Of a DNA stretch of 64,000 bases, positions 44,889 through 56,812 are shown one piece after another. The notes beneath the pieces are model-generated. The model ran no database searches. It saw only the letters and a list, made by a program, of their open reading frames with translations, and was not told the origin of the DNA. Position 1 is the stretch's first letter, and each line of letters starts with the position of its first letter. Position numbers and translations under genes: made by a program. This DNA comes from Moniliella sp. 'wahieum' (taxonomy: Eukaryota), in contig RSEE01000098.1 in the NCBI GenBank assembly GCA_003971905.1, positions 124,001-188,000 on the forward strand. The letters run 5' to 3'.

Positions 44889-45545
44889 ATGTCCCTCGCG
44901 CACCGGCGTCCTCAGCCCCCGTCCCCTCGCCCCTCTGACCACCACAAACGAACACCACCTGCCCCCGTTCCCACGCCACCCGGCCCCAAGCGTCCTGCCC
45001 CCAGTCGCACCACCAAGGGCATCGGCAGTCGTCCCAGGCGCCCCGGCAGTCGCCCACCAGTCGTCCTACCAGTCGACCCACCAGTCGCCCCCAGCCGCCC
45101 CCACCAGCCGTCCTCCCAGCCAGCCCTCCAGCCAGGCCCCCAGCCGGCGGGCATCCGAGGTGGACCCTGATGGGACGCAGAGGGAAGGGACAGCATCCCA
45201 ATCCCCCGTCCGCTAGGCGAGCCCGTACGCAAGAAGAAACTTGTTCCGCGCGAGCCCGAGCCGGACCTGGAGAGCGAATGGGCCGCCTCCGATTCGGAAT
45301 TCACGTCTTCTTCCGACGGCGAATCGGAATGGGACGATCCGATGGGCATGGCGCGGTCGCTTGCGCTCGAGTTGGAGTGGAGCTGGCGGGAACGAACGGA
45401 TGGTCATCCAACCAATGGATCCCCACAAAACTCCCTTGTCCCCTTAACGCCCTGCCCCCTGGACAAGTTCGACCCTGACGCATCCGACCTTGCCCTCGGA
45501 CGCACGCCTTCCCTGGACGCGCAGGAGCGCACCCCTGGTCCCTAA
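44889..45545 (+). CDS. Possible hypothetical Pro-rich then acidic protein, frameshifted
   Basis: Low-complexity but protein-like fragments (MSLAHRRPQPP..., DLESEWAASDSEFTSSSDGESEWDDPM); no recognisable domain. Confidence 0.3.
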
Positions 45546-45682
45546 ACTTGCGGCGCCTATCCGACGCGGTCGGTCCCGCTCCTCCCTCTCTCCCACAGCA
45601 GGAGCACCGGCGCGCCTCGCCTCCTGCCACGCCCCTCTTTCGATACGGACCCGGGCACGCCTCCGCCTCCGCTCCGCCTCCA

Positions 45683-45782
45683 ATCAGCATCAGCATCAGC
45701 ATCCGCATCAGCATCCGCATCCGCATCAACATCCGCATCCGCATCCGCATCCGCATCCGCAGCCACATACACATACACATAC
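45683..45782. repeat. Compound hexamer microsatellite (ATCAGC/ATCCGC/ATACAC)
   Basis: Read directly. Confidence 0.9.
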
Positions 45783-46496
45783 TCCCCCCCCTGCCCCACC
45801 CACACGAGCGTATGGTCCTTCTTTGGGGTACGACTAGGCCCTGGGGCCACGAGATGATCGATGCTCAATGATCAATGAGTGGAGCATGCTGCGTGCCCCT
45901 GGCTATCTACATCCCTGATCGGGGGTCGATGATCGAGATGATCCATCTTGGTTCCAAGCCAACTACTGTCACGGGTTGAATACGATGAATGACTTGCATG
46001 TGGATTCACATTGTGGAGAGTGAGAGTGAGGAGCGATGGATAGTGAATGCATAGAGAAGCGTAAGGCGTGGACGTCGCTTCCCAGCGATCAACGCTTCGT
46101 AGCTCCCACGGTCAGTACGCAGTCTGGCTGCTCAAGGTTCCGGCTGGAAGCTCCTTGGCTGTGTCCAAGGTGCTCAAGGCGGCCGGCTGGTGGAAACCTG
46201 TGGGAGAGAGACCAGATTCCGTTCTCGGGGGAGAAGACCTACAGGGCCTGATGCTCGACAGAATGCAGAGAGAAGTTTGATACTCCTTTTGCGACGGGCG
46301 TACCAGTGACGGAGGAGAAGGTGATTAACGATTTACCAGTATAAGCGAGGGCCAGCTAGCGGGCCACGGGCCACAGCAGACGATAGGCGGGTGAGCAATG
46401 AGCACCGTCGGGGCCGGTCGGAGCCTGGCCGCAAGGGTGCAGTGGGGGCTGCGTGCGGGATGGGCGGCTGGATGGGGCGGGGAGGGTTTGGTGGGG

Positions 46497-48642
46497 CTAG
46501 AGCGGTGCCGCAGAAGGTTGGGGCTGAGCCTGTCCGCGGGCACGGGCGCGGCGCCAGTACGGCCGCGCTGGCGGACAGCAGGAAGCAGGGGATGCACAGC
46601 GCGCTCAGCCGGCCACCAGCACGTACGTCCATCCAGGCCCAAGTGCCGCCAGCACATACTCCACCACGGCCGCTGCCACTGCGCCGAGGCAGCAGCGCCA
46701 CATGTGTTGCATGCCGTCACGCCCGCGCCGGTCCGTCGGCAGGTAGTCCACCAGCATCGTCCTGTGACCGCCATGAACTGCGCAATGGAGATGCCCACCA
46801 GGACAAGCATCGTGATTGGCGCCACGGCCGGCGCATGCGTTTCGATGCACCAGCCAAAGCCCACCTGGCCGCAATCATCAGCGGCACAGCACAGTACAGA
46901 ACAGGCAACCGCGCCTCCTCGAGTGGAAGAGCACATCCACCGTCCCTCATCTGTCCTACCCGCCGCCGTGCTCCGAGCAGCATCCCTGCCTCCATCCCAT
47001 CCGACAGGGAGCAGCTGCTCTTCGCCTCTGCGCCGTCGTCCTCTGGGTCTCTACGCCCTGCCGCCGCTTGGGCTTGGGCTTGGGCTTGCTCTTGCTCGAA
47101 CCGTCGTGCGCGCCGACGATACATCAGTCCAGCAGCCGGCCCGTCGTGACGGAAGCCAAGCCATTCCCCACTCCACACGCGAGGAAGACCAAGCCGGTTC
47201 CATGACCGAATAGCCAATGACACTGAAAGATGCTCGCTACCGGTTGGATCACCATGTAGTAAGTCGCAAATGGGATTGCGTTGCCCAGGAGCATCAAGAG
47301 GACCTCAGGGTAGGCCATGTAGCCACAGGGACGTAGTGTTACGCACCCTGTGCCCCACAATCCGTGCCCGTTCCCACGCCGAAGCGCGTTCCGGCAGCGC
47401 GGGACCGGCGGGCCAGCCGGGCCGCGGCGTGCCTGTGCGCTGCGTCGTGGTGGTCTTGCTGATCAGACCGACCGCCTCGTGGAAGATGGTAGGCGGAGGA
47501 AGGGACCCGTTACCGACGAGCGACGCAGTGTTCTGCCACCGTAGGTTAGTGCCCCATCTATCGTCGTCTCAGTTTGGTAAGGGAGAGGAGGAGAGGAGGA
47601 AAAGGAAGCTTACTCGGGCAAAAGAAATGAGGAGAAAGGCTGACGGAAGCCAAGATGAGGCAAAAGAGAAAGACGACACGCCAATTGAAACGCGAGACCA
47701 GCGCGGCACCCAACAATGGACCAACGCGTCCAGCGCCAAGGTGGCATTCAGCATGCTCATAATCCCGGCTCGATTCGCTGGGACGGTCATGTCACCAATG
47801 GTACCCTGATGGCCAAAAATGTTTTGAGTCAGTCAGCTTGCCCCTCTGCTTTGCGTTGCTTTCCATGTGCCTACACTCCACATAGATGTGACGTACCGCA
47901 CCAAACGCTGACCATGCTCGCTGACCCACCTGCACGACGCGCAGAACGACAAGGCCAGCATACACTGCATGCTGCTCTTCTCCGTCGCGTGGGGCAGGCG
48001 GTAGAGCCCGGCGAGTGACGCCCACATAGACCACAAGACAGAATGTAGATGGGCCGACGACCTAGCGAGTCGGTGAGGCTCCAATGAACAAAGGGCTGAT
48101 CCCTTGCGACAACATGAACGCTACAATCGAAAGATTGATCGACTCGATGGAGGTACGAGGTCCTAGACCAGCAGTCAGTTTTTTCCCTGTCCCCCCACCC
48201 CCAAAGATGAAGAATGGGTAACCCCTCCAACTCTCAACTCTCAACGCTCAACGCTCAACGTACCGCCGCAGCTGTGGGGATGGCAGCTTGGTAAATATTG
48301 ACCGAGATGGGCGAGACGAACGCAGATAGCACGACAACCTTGTTGTTTGTTTGTTTTTAGTTAGTTAGTTGGGAGCTTCCTTGGGGCGGCTTAAGGCTTC
48401 CAGTCCAGCTTCCAGCTTCCAGCTTCCCGCTTCGAGCTTCGCCCAGGTATCGGCCCAAAGAGAAAGACAACAAACGTACAAAAAGATCCAGCGCGATAGT
48501 GCGAACGAAAGATGGTAAGGTTCCTTTGGGGCGCAGGATCCGCGGGGGGACACTTCCGCTCACTGGCAGACTGAACGGAAGCACTTGACCAATATCCTCT
48601 TCCGATGCGGGCGGCAGGGTCGCTGTCCCACGAATCGGGCAT
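46497..48642 (-). CDS. MFS multidrug transporter (DHA1, QDR/AQR1-like); several introns and many frameshifts; ends approximate
   Basis: SPISVNIYQAAIP (minus strand near 48280-48320), SINLSIVAFMLSQGISP, DSLGRRPIY (MFS motif A), GNGLASVTTGRLLD, EEARL, TMLVDYLP. Confidence 0.85.
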
Positions 48643-50953
48643 GGCGTCAGGCACGGCAGCCGGCTGGAACAGCTCATGCCGCAGGGAGGCCAAGAACAAG
48701 GCGGAGGGGAGGAGCGCGGCGCGTGAGCTTGAAGCTTGAAGTTTGGAGCTTGAAGACTCTCTCTCCGTTGGCAACCTGAGGAATGGGCGCTGGGCCGGGA
48801 CGAGCTAGGGTGGGTGTGGAGGAAGAGATGAGAGACGGGAGAGGATTGAATATTCGCAGGACCCACGGCACTTGCCACCTCTGCTCCTGCCCACGGAGCT
48901 GCCCTCTCCGCCCAGGGCTCACGCGTCACGCGGCACCCACACACTTTCTGACAGAGGGTGCGCCACGAACGCGAGCAAGCGGCTGGCTCGGACAGGCTCG
49001 GAGGCAGTGCCTGTTCGGTGCCCGTCGCCCGCGCTGGGCTGGGGCCTAGCGGCGCAACGGGCAGGGGACCGTGTGCGTATGCGATGCACGTGGCTAGTGG
49101 GAGTGGCTAGGGGCGCTGCAATGGCAGGGCTGCATCCTGCCCCCTGCCCACGCTGCTCCAGCTCTCCAGATCCGGTATAGCCGGCACCTGGCATGGTGCA
49201 TCGCACCCGCCGCGGCTGGGAGGGGACGACTGCTGAGGTGAGGCCTGAGGCCTGAGGCCACTGAGGCGCTGGGGGACAAGGCGGACAAGGTGAGATCTCA
49301 CCCTCCGATCCCAGGGAAAAGTTTTCAGCTAGTGAGACTGGGAAAGCCAGTGCGGGGCGTGCAGCACACCGGTCCCCGCCCGGCCTTCTCGCACCGCAGC
49401 AGCGAGACCGGGCGAGACAGGCACGGCGGGGGTGTGGAAGCATCAGTCTGAGATCTGAGTACGCCCCACTGAGCCTCAGGCTTCAGCTGAAGCTTCAGCA
49501 GCGGACACATCGGAGATCGGAGATAGTCGAGAGAGAACGGCGGGGGGCGTGTGATGCGATGGAGGCAAACAACGTGCAATCGACCATCTCTCTCGCCATC
49601 CGCTCGCGTTTTTTTCAACTCAAAGCTTAAAGCTTACGCTTAGATTGGTTTGGATTTTGTATGGCTTGAAGCTTGAAGCTTGAAGCTTGACAGTTTAGCC
49701 GCCCGTTTGCGTTGCGCACGGGGGCAGCATCTGCCAGATCCCATTCCCTTCGCTGCATTGGCTTCAGCCAACGGTCTCTCCCCTTTCTTCCCATCCCTTG
49801 CATGCTTGACCCACCACTCAGCCACCAGTGTGGTAGGACATTCCGGGTCGCAAGTGCCATGTGAGCTCCTTAGCGATACTTGTCACGGGCGCGGCCGCCG
49901 CCATTGGGCCCGCCCGCGGGGGCGGCTAGGGGTACAACTATCCCTTTAGTAGAGGTCCGAAACAGGGCGAGAGTCACGGCGTTTACTTCTTTATTGGGAT
50001 GATTGGTGTATCCGGGCCGAACTAGGGACACAGTCGGAGGGGCCTCTGGCGTACTAGCAGAGACGGCTGCAAGTGTGACAAGGCTAACGTATGCAACCGG
50101 CCTGAGCGGTAATAAAACGTAGTAACGTGTCGTTTGCGGTGCTGAGGACGCCGGGAAGGGGCAGCGGCGCACAACCTTGCCAGAGCTGTGGAGCTGGACT
50201 GGGACTGGAGGCGGCGTGGCTGGAAGTGAACCCACCCCGCGGACTAGATTGGTTTCGACGTGGCACGAACAGGGCACACGCGACTTGGTTTTGGACAAGA
50301 AGCTGAGGGGATGCGGGAGCCAGCGCCCGTCAGACAACAGATATATTGACCGTCCTACAACATATTCAATGAACGCATATGAGGCGGGGGGAAAGGAAAA
50401 TGATGCTTTGGAGGGGGAGCAAAAGACGCTACTCCCGAGCGAGAGAACAGGTGGCGCATGTGGAAACCTGCAACCAGCGTGAAGTTATACTGCTTGCAGG
50501 GAGCGTGCAGCCGGTAATGCCCGAAAAGACCTGAGGACATCTCTGTTGGCGGTGCTTCAGCTTGGCCATAAGGCATTCGGTATCAAATGTCGAATGGCGA
50601 GCAGCGGCGCAGCGAGAAGAGGCCCTCAGGGCTGAGTTTTCTAGATGACGATGTACCTATAGCCCGTGCATGAATCCTACAAATGGTTCCGGAGTGGGAA
50701 TGTGAAGGAGAGATAATGTGTTGCTGAAGAGGGACGATCTGTTGTGGTGCATTAGAATTGCCACTCCATCATATTCCCATCAAGGGAGAGGAGGACAATG
50801 CGGAGCAAAAAGAGCAAGAGATAGAACAAGAGAGGATAGACAAAAAGACAAAGAGACGGGTCCAGCTTCCAGCGTCAAGTGGGGGACCCGTTCTCTTTTA
50901 AGCATTAAATCATCAGTGCCCGAAATGTGGTTCCAGCCACAACTATTGGGTAC

Positions 50954-52520
50954 TTAGTCAAGCCGACGCGCTTTCCGCCAACGCAAAGGTGACCGTCGTC
51001 TGCTGGAACAGCGGGTCGCCCACGATCCAGCCCGCGCTGCCCACATCGGCACCGACCACAGCAACAACACGAGCCGTCCGACGCGAGTACCGAACGAGGT
51101 CGTGTCGCCGAGCGGGATGGTCTTGCCGCCAAAGGTGAAGCTCACGTTGGGCTGCTGCGAGCAAGGGTACGTCGCAGTCAACTGGCCCTGCTGGTTGGAC
51201 GTCTTGAGGCCCATCGAAGAGAAGAGCGCCTGCGCATCGCTCGTAGGCGCAACAATCAGCGTCGTGCCCGAGTCGATGATGCCGTTGACCTGGCTCCCGT
51301 TGCCGGAACCGGAGCCGGAACCAGCACCACCAGAGCCGGCACCACCAGAGCCCAGCGCCACCGGATCCAGCGCCACCCGAGCCAGCACCGCCAGAGCCGG
51401 CGCCACCAGAGCCAGCGCTACCAGAGCCGGCGCCGGTCGATCCGAACCACCGTAGGAGCCCGAACCAGCGCCACCAGAGCCAGCACCGGTCGACCCAGAA
51501 CCACACGTAAGAGCCCGAACCCGGGGCCGAAGAGCCCGTCGAGCCCGAGCCGTACGAGCCCGAGCCGTACGAGCCCGAGCCGGAACCGAACTGGCGGCGG
51601 GTCTTACGAGCACGAGCATGGTCCGGGAGAGAAGTCGAGTTGCCGGAAGAGCCGCCGGCTGATGGAGCCGAGACGGACAGTAGGCGGCATTGGTAAACGG
51701 GCGTGTAGGTGGCGCCCTGGCTGGCCGCGCGAGGTAAGCGTAGAACCCTGCTTGCGGACTTCATCTGAAAGCCTGCGCGTCCACCGCGTTGGCCTTGATC
51801 AGGGAGAAGAAGTAGGGCCTTTGCTGGAAGGAGGAGAGCGAGGGGAAAGCCATACCATGATGCCTTGGCTCGAACCTTCGTTGTTAATGAACTGTTGCTG
51901 CGAAAGCCCAATGTACGGTTGGCCGTCAGACCGCCAATGTCAGCTTGTCCGAGTAGACTCACCCGAGGCGGTGGTGCCGTCGCCGTACGAGTCCTGGAAG
52001 GTGGTGTGGGTGTCCTTCGAGCTGCTCGACTGGACGGCGTGTAGGCCGAGGGGTGTTGACGAGCGTGTCGGACGAACCAGTGTCGAAGTCTGGTCCAGAA
52101 ATTGTCATGTCAGTGTCGGGATATAAAGCGGAGAATAGGGAGAGGTAAACGTACCAATGGGAATCTGCTGCACAGGCGTGCCGAAGCCAATGTTGCCACC
52201 CACAGCTGGGTTCTCCGTGTCGGTGAGCGACACGCTTCCCGTTCCACGGCGCTGGGCGGAGAAGAGAAAGAAGGGCGTCCATAGCATGCTTGGAGCCGTG
52301 TTGGCCTCGTAGGCCTTCATGTTGCGGACATACTTGGCCCGCAGGTGGTCGACTTCCTTGGCGATCTTCTCGTACGACACATGGCCATTCGAATCGAGAA
52401 GGTTGCCACGGTCGCACGCTTCATGGGGATTTCTTGGGTCGTGACGGCAGTAGGCTGAGCGGACACGGCCAGCGCGCCGAGCAGAGCGGAAAGAGCGAGG
52501 AAGTTGGAAGTAAGGTGCAT
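50954..52520 (-). CDS. Secreted pepsin-like (A1) aspartic protease with a large Gly/Ser-rich insertion; at least two introns; frameshifts
   Basis: Signal peptide MHLTSNFLALSALLGALAVSA; GFGTPVQ; DFDTGSSD; GIIDSGTTLI; WIVGDPLF. Confidence 0.9.
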
Positions 52521-54160
52521 GATGGTCGTTAGTGGAAGGCCGTTGGGCGAGGAGGAGGGGGGGGGGGATGTGATGTGGGTGGTGAAAAGAAAAGATGAGA
52601 AGCAGGCAAAATTGCGAGTTTAGTAGGATTTGGTTCCCGAGATGGAAGGCGCACACTCACATCTCGCAGTCGCTAGCACATGTGTACGTGTACAGATCAG
52701 AGGAACTAAACGCATGGCCCTTGCTCGCAGCCACGCCGGCCAAACGCTCTGGAACACATGAGCATTTGCATCTCTCCCCGAGGATTGATCGAGGAGCGAC
52801 TGCGAGCACCTGGTGCGCGAGCCCCACAAAAGCGCCCCTCTGTGCCGAATGCCTACATGAACTTCTGGGTATCTGTCTTGCTCGTCGAGTGCGCCATGTG
52901 GTGCGTCGAGGCGAGCCTGTGAGGTGCGAGGAGGCTATAAGGCCGAGCAGGCAGGGTGGACTTTGCCTGCTCTCACGTGGTATGCTGGTTTGATAGTGCC
53001 GCTGCCAGTAACCTTAACGATGTCGTGGCGAGGAGGAGGGGGTGGGGGGGGGGCGGGTCAGCGCAACGTTTCAGATGCCAATCTACTGTGCGGGCTGTGG
53101 GACGCGCTGTGGAGGGGACGAGAGAGGGGGCGCAAAGGCAGCAGACCCAGTGGTGGATCGTAACACGCGGAACACATGGTGTACTGCCAGTGCTCCCCAC
53201 CTCGGATCTCAGAATCGAAGACGAGCCGCCCCGCAGGGTTCTCTCCTGTGCTGAGTTACTAGTGCCTAGTGTCGACACGTTGACATGGCATGTGGCTGAG
53301 CCTCCTCTGCGCGATGGCAACCATGCGTGCGGCTGCAATTAAAATTGGCAGCGGATCAAGAGGCACTGGCGCTGTGTGCTGCCCGCCATATGTTGTTCCG
53401 TACCACATGCGCACTGCTCGCACGAGCGAGTCGCGCGAGGAGCAGAATGCATGTTGCATCGCCTCCCTCGGCCATCCATCCCAGGCCACCCCAGGCCATC
53501 CCGCATGGTCTACCCGGGCTCCCACTCGCGGTGGAAAAATATTACGCCCGAAAGGGGTTCATCGACATTGAGCGCATTGAGCACAACCTAATTCGACCGC
53601 AATCTTCATATGGATCTGAGCTAGCGTCTCACTGTGATGAGCTGTGCTGCTGGCGAGACATGCGCCTGTGCCACATTCAAAACGTTCAATTCGCATCGAT
53701 CTCATCAATGTGTTGACTAGCTCTGGACTTGGGGTTCACATTCACACACGGCATGAGCGTGGAGCGCCACCAGCCGTTTCCTGAGCACGAAGACGAGTGG
53801 CCCAGTCCTAGTCTCAGGCCTCACTAGTCACTACTACAGTCGCAGTCACATGCATCGCATGTGCCCCCCCCCCCCCACAGAGGAAAAGTGAAGAAAACGT
53901 CCGACTTTTGAGCATCTGCGGCAGCGCAGCGAGTCGAGGGTATGAGAAAAAGCAAACTATTGCCTCAATAATATAGGAGGACGCGATGGACGGCGGTGGG
54001 TGGGTGGTGGGGGGTTAAACCAGTCTGTTGGAGTATGGTGTGGCATGTGGCCTGTGGCCTGTGACATACATGACATGTGATGCATGTGACACTACTTGGC
54101 GTGGTGCAAGATGCGTGATGCTATGAAGCTTGAAGCTTGATCGATGATCGGCCACCACTG

Positions 54161-54311
54161 GTCACCGGTTACCGGTAACCGGTAATTAATTACCGTAGCC
54201 GGAACTGGCTACCGAGTTCCGAGACACACGCCCACGGGATTGGTTACCGGTTACCGGCCGTTACCGGCCAGTTACCGCTTACCGGTTACCGCTTGCGCTT
54301 ACCGCTTACCG
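54161..54311. repeat. Degenerate TTACCGG/TTACCGC repeat cluster with palindromic segments
   Basis: GTCACCGGTTACCGGTAACCGGTAATTAATTACCG at 54161-54195 and several TTACCG units at 54244-54311. Confidence 0.85.
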
Positions 54312-54920
54312 TCGCGTCTCGCTAACCTTTCCTCTTCAGTCTCCCTGTTGCATTCAAGCTCAGAACTAGCCGCGTCAGGAATTTACATGTTACAAGAAGC
54401 GATCTCTGACTGCTTCCGTCCGGCACAGGTGAGCTTCCTGCTCTCTCTCTTTCTGTTCTCTTCCTACTTCTGGCAGGAGCATACAAGAAAGCTATTCTCA
54501 TGTTTCCGCCCTGCACAGTGCAATCGTCCTTAGCTTCGTAGCGTAGCTAATACTTCTCAGTTAAACGTGTCAACGGACAACTGCGAAAATGGGCTCTCAC
54601 CGGAGTGACCTATCATCGTGTTCGCCCATCGATCGCCCAGTGTATACTAATAGTGCTTCGCCCTAGCCCCATTCTTTCAAGGGTAGCTGGACCTTAATAC
54701 GTTCTAGACCTCCTGTTTCCCCCCCCTGTTTGTCTATTCCTTTTCGTTCTCCGTTGAGCCAGCTTGGAATGATGTCTTCTCCGTCTCCGAGGTGTATATC
54801 TCCTCCTCTCCACTCGAAAAATATGATCCTCATCTTTTTCCCAACCTCATCATCTGTTAAAAATAGAGCCCCGCCTCTGGTTGACCACTCCTCTTAACTA
54901 CGCCACGTCTCATTGTTGCG

Positions 54921-54990
54921 TCCATTTCATTGACAGAGCTTAAGGCTGGGACAGGGGAACGCTACGTCTAAACCTAACCGGTTCTTCGTT
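54921..54990 (-). mobile_element. Fragment matching the downstream (3') non-coding region of the 7.2-8.5 kb element
   Basis: 54921-54957 matches 7232-7268 at 35/37 nt, followed by CTAAACCTAACCG vs CTAAACCGAACCG. Confidence 0.7.
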
Positions 54991-55234
54991 GTTCTACGTT
55001 TGGGTACCGACTACGGACGCTTTAGCGTTCTTGAGAGCAGTGGCGGATATGTGAATTCAGTAGACAAACCACCTTGCGTGGCTCCAATTTGCCATTCAAG
55101 GGTTTCTGCCCAAACAAACGATGCGCTGACAGATGTGTGGGGTTCCCGTCACCTCGGGTCCCACACCATGACTGAAGAGGTACTAGTATGAGAAGCGGCA
55201 AAGATATCGCTTAAATCCACATTACTACTAGGAA

Positions 55235-55760
55235 AGCGATGCGTACTGACCATCGAGTGGTGAGACCAAGAGGTTCCTGAGGATCAGGAATGAAGCGAGA
55301 CCACACTGGTATACGAGAGTGTCGCACCGCCTTTCGAAGGCACGGAAAAGGTTCTGCTACGATTGTTAGACCAAGCAACAGGAGAGAATGCCGCGACAAG
55401 AACGACAATTCCTGTGATCGCACCTTAGAACCTTTCTGTCTTCCCCCTGGTTATGACGACGCGAGGATACACCACCCTAAGGGCGAGTAAGATGAGTACG
55501 ACGGAGCAACACACTGGATGAAACTTAATGTGTCTTAATGGAGATGGTTGACCGCTCGCGGATGTCTGCCACGCTCATTGATGTCCACGTGCGCTATTGC
55601 CTCTCCGGTTTGGAACCGAATGGCGAACGCAAGAGGGTCCATACCTTCTGGCGGCTTCTCTGGTTTCTGAACGAGTTTTCGACACCACAAAAAAAACACG
55701 CTGGATGAGCAGGTCGGTTTAGGCATAGCATTTCATTGACCAAGTCTCAACCCTGCAGAT
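55235..55760 (+). mobile_element. Second degenerate copy of the RLE-type non-LTR element (endonuclease region and 3' end), plus strand; left limit approximate
   Basis: Collinear nucleotide similarity to the reverse complement of about 7270-7790. Examples: TTCCCCCTGGTTATGACGACGCGAGGA (FPLVMTTRG vs FPLVLTTRG), GATCAGGAATG..GACCACAC, GCGACAAGAACG, GGATGTCT.CCACG.TCAT..ATGTCCAC. Confidence 0.75.
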
Positions 55761-56812
55761 GGTATACTATGACTGCAACAGAGATCTAGAGGGATATAAG
55801 AAACGATTCTTGCGCGCCGGACTCGCTCATGTCATCCTATGTTTACTGACAGCTCTCGTACCCGCCCAATTAGGAGGCCAATGGTGTATGTTTCCCAGCA
55901 GATAAGCCCCCTTTCCGCACCCCTAGCTCCCCGCAATTGTATTACAACTGTGGCGAATATTAGGAAGGTTGGATATCGCATTGCCGGTTCCGCTTACCAC
56001 GGCTGAATCGTGTCTCCCGTGGGGGTATACTGTGGCTGTGTGTGGCTGCAGCCCACAACCCACGTATACTCTGTCTGATCCCAGAAAGGCGAGAAATAAT
56101 ACGGAAAACGTCACCGCGTCATGACGGATTGCCATTTTGGGCGGCTTCTATTATTAGCTTTTCTGGACCATATCCTGAGCTGGTCCACCACACGAGCGCT
56201 GTCCCTTCCAACGCCGCGCGAGCCTCTTCGGCTCCCCTTGTTTGTACTATGCCGGGGCTAAAATCCGTGGCCCTCGGAGAAGGGGCAGCAGAGAGAGAGC
56301 ACAGCGACTGCAAACAAGAGAGGGGGTGTTTTTGGATCCGCTCTGAGATCTAGATCTGATCAATGATCCGAATGTGTTGCGATACACCTATTAAGAGTAC
56401 GCCTGACCAATGACCTACCTGGGCTTCGGGCGCCAGGCCCCAGGCCGCGTCCTACGAAGATGGGGTGATGTTCCATGAGCGGTGACCGGAACCAAGCCAC
56501 AGTGGCGCTGTGCCCCGAGAGCGGTGATGATGCGTGACACAATCGGCAGCGGAGGCGGGCACGAGGGCGCAGGCGGGCGTGGGTCCCGTCGGCGTCTGCC
56601 GCGCCACCAGCCCAAACTGGCCCGCTTGGATCCGGCCCGGGCGCAGACGGCCGAGAGCTGGCCCGCAGCTGACACACGCCCAGCTCACGCGTCATGCCGC
56701 CGCCTCGCCGCGCCCGTCCACACGCGCTTATAAGCCGCCCGTCCCAGCCACCCCGGCCTTGTCCTGCCCGCCTCGCCCTCCGCCCCTCCACCCCTCCCTT
56801 GGCCTGCACACC

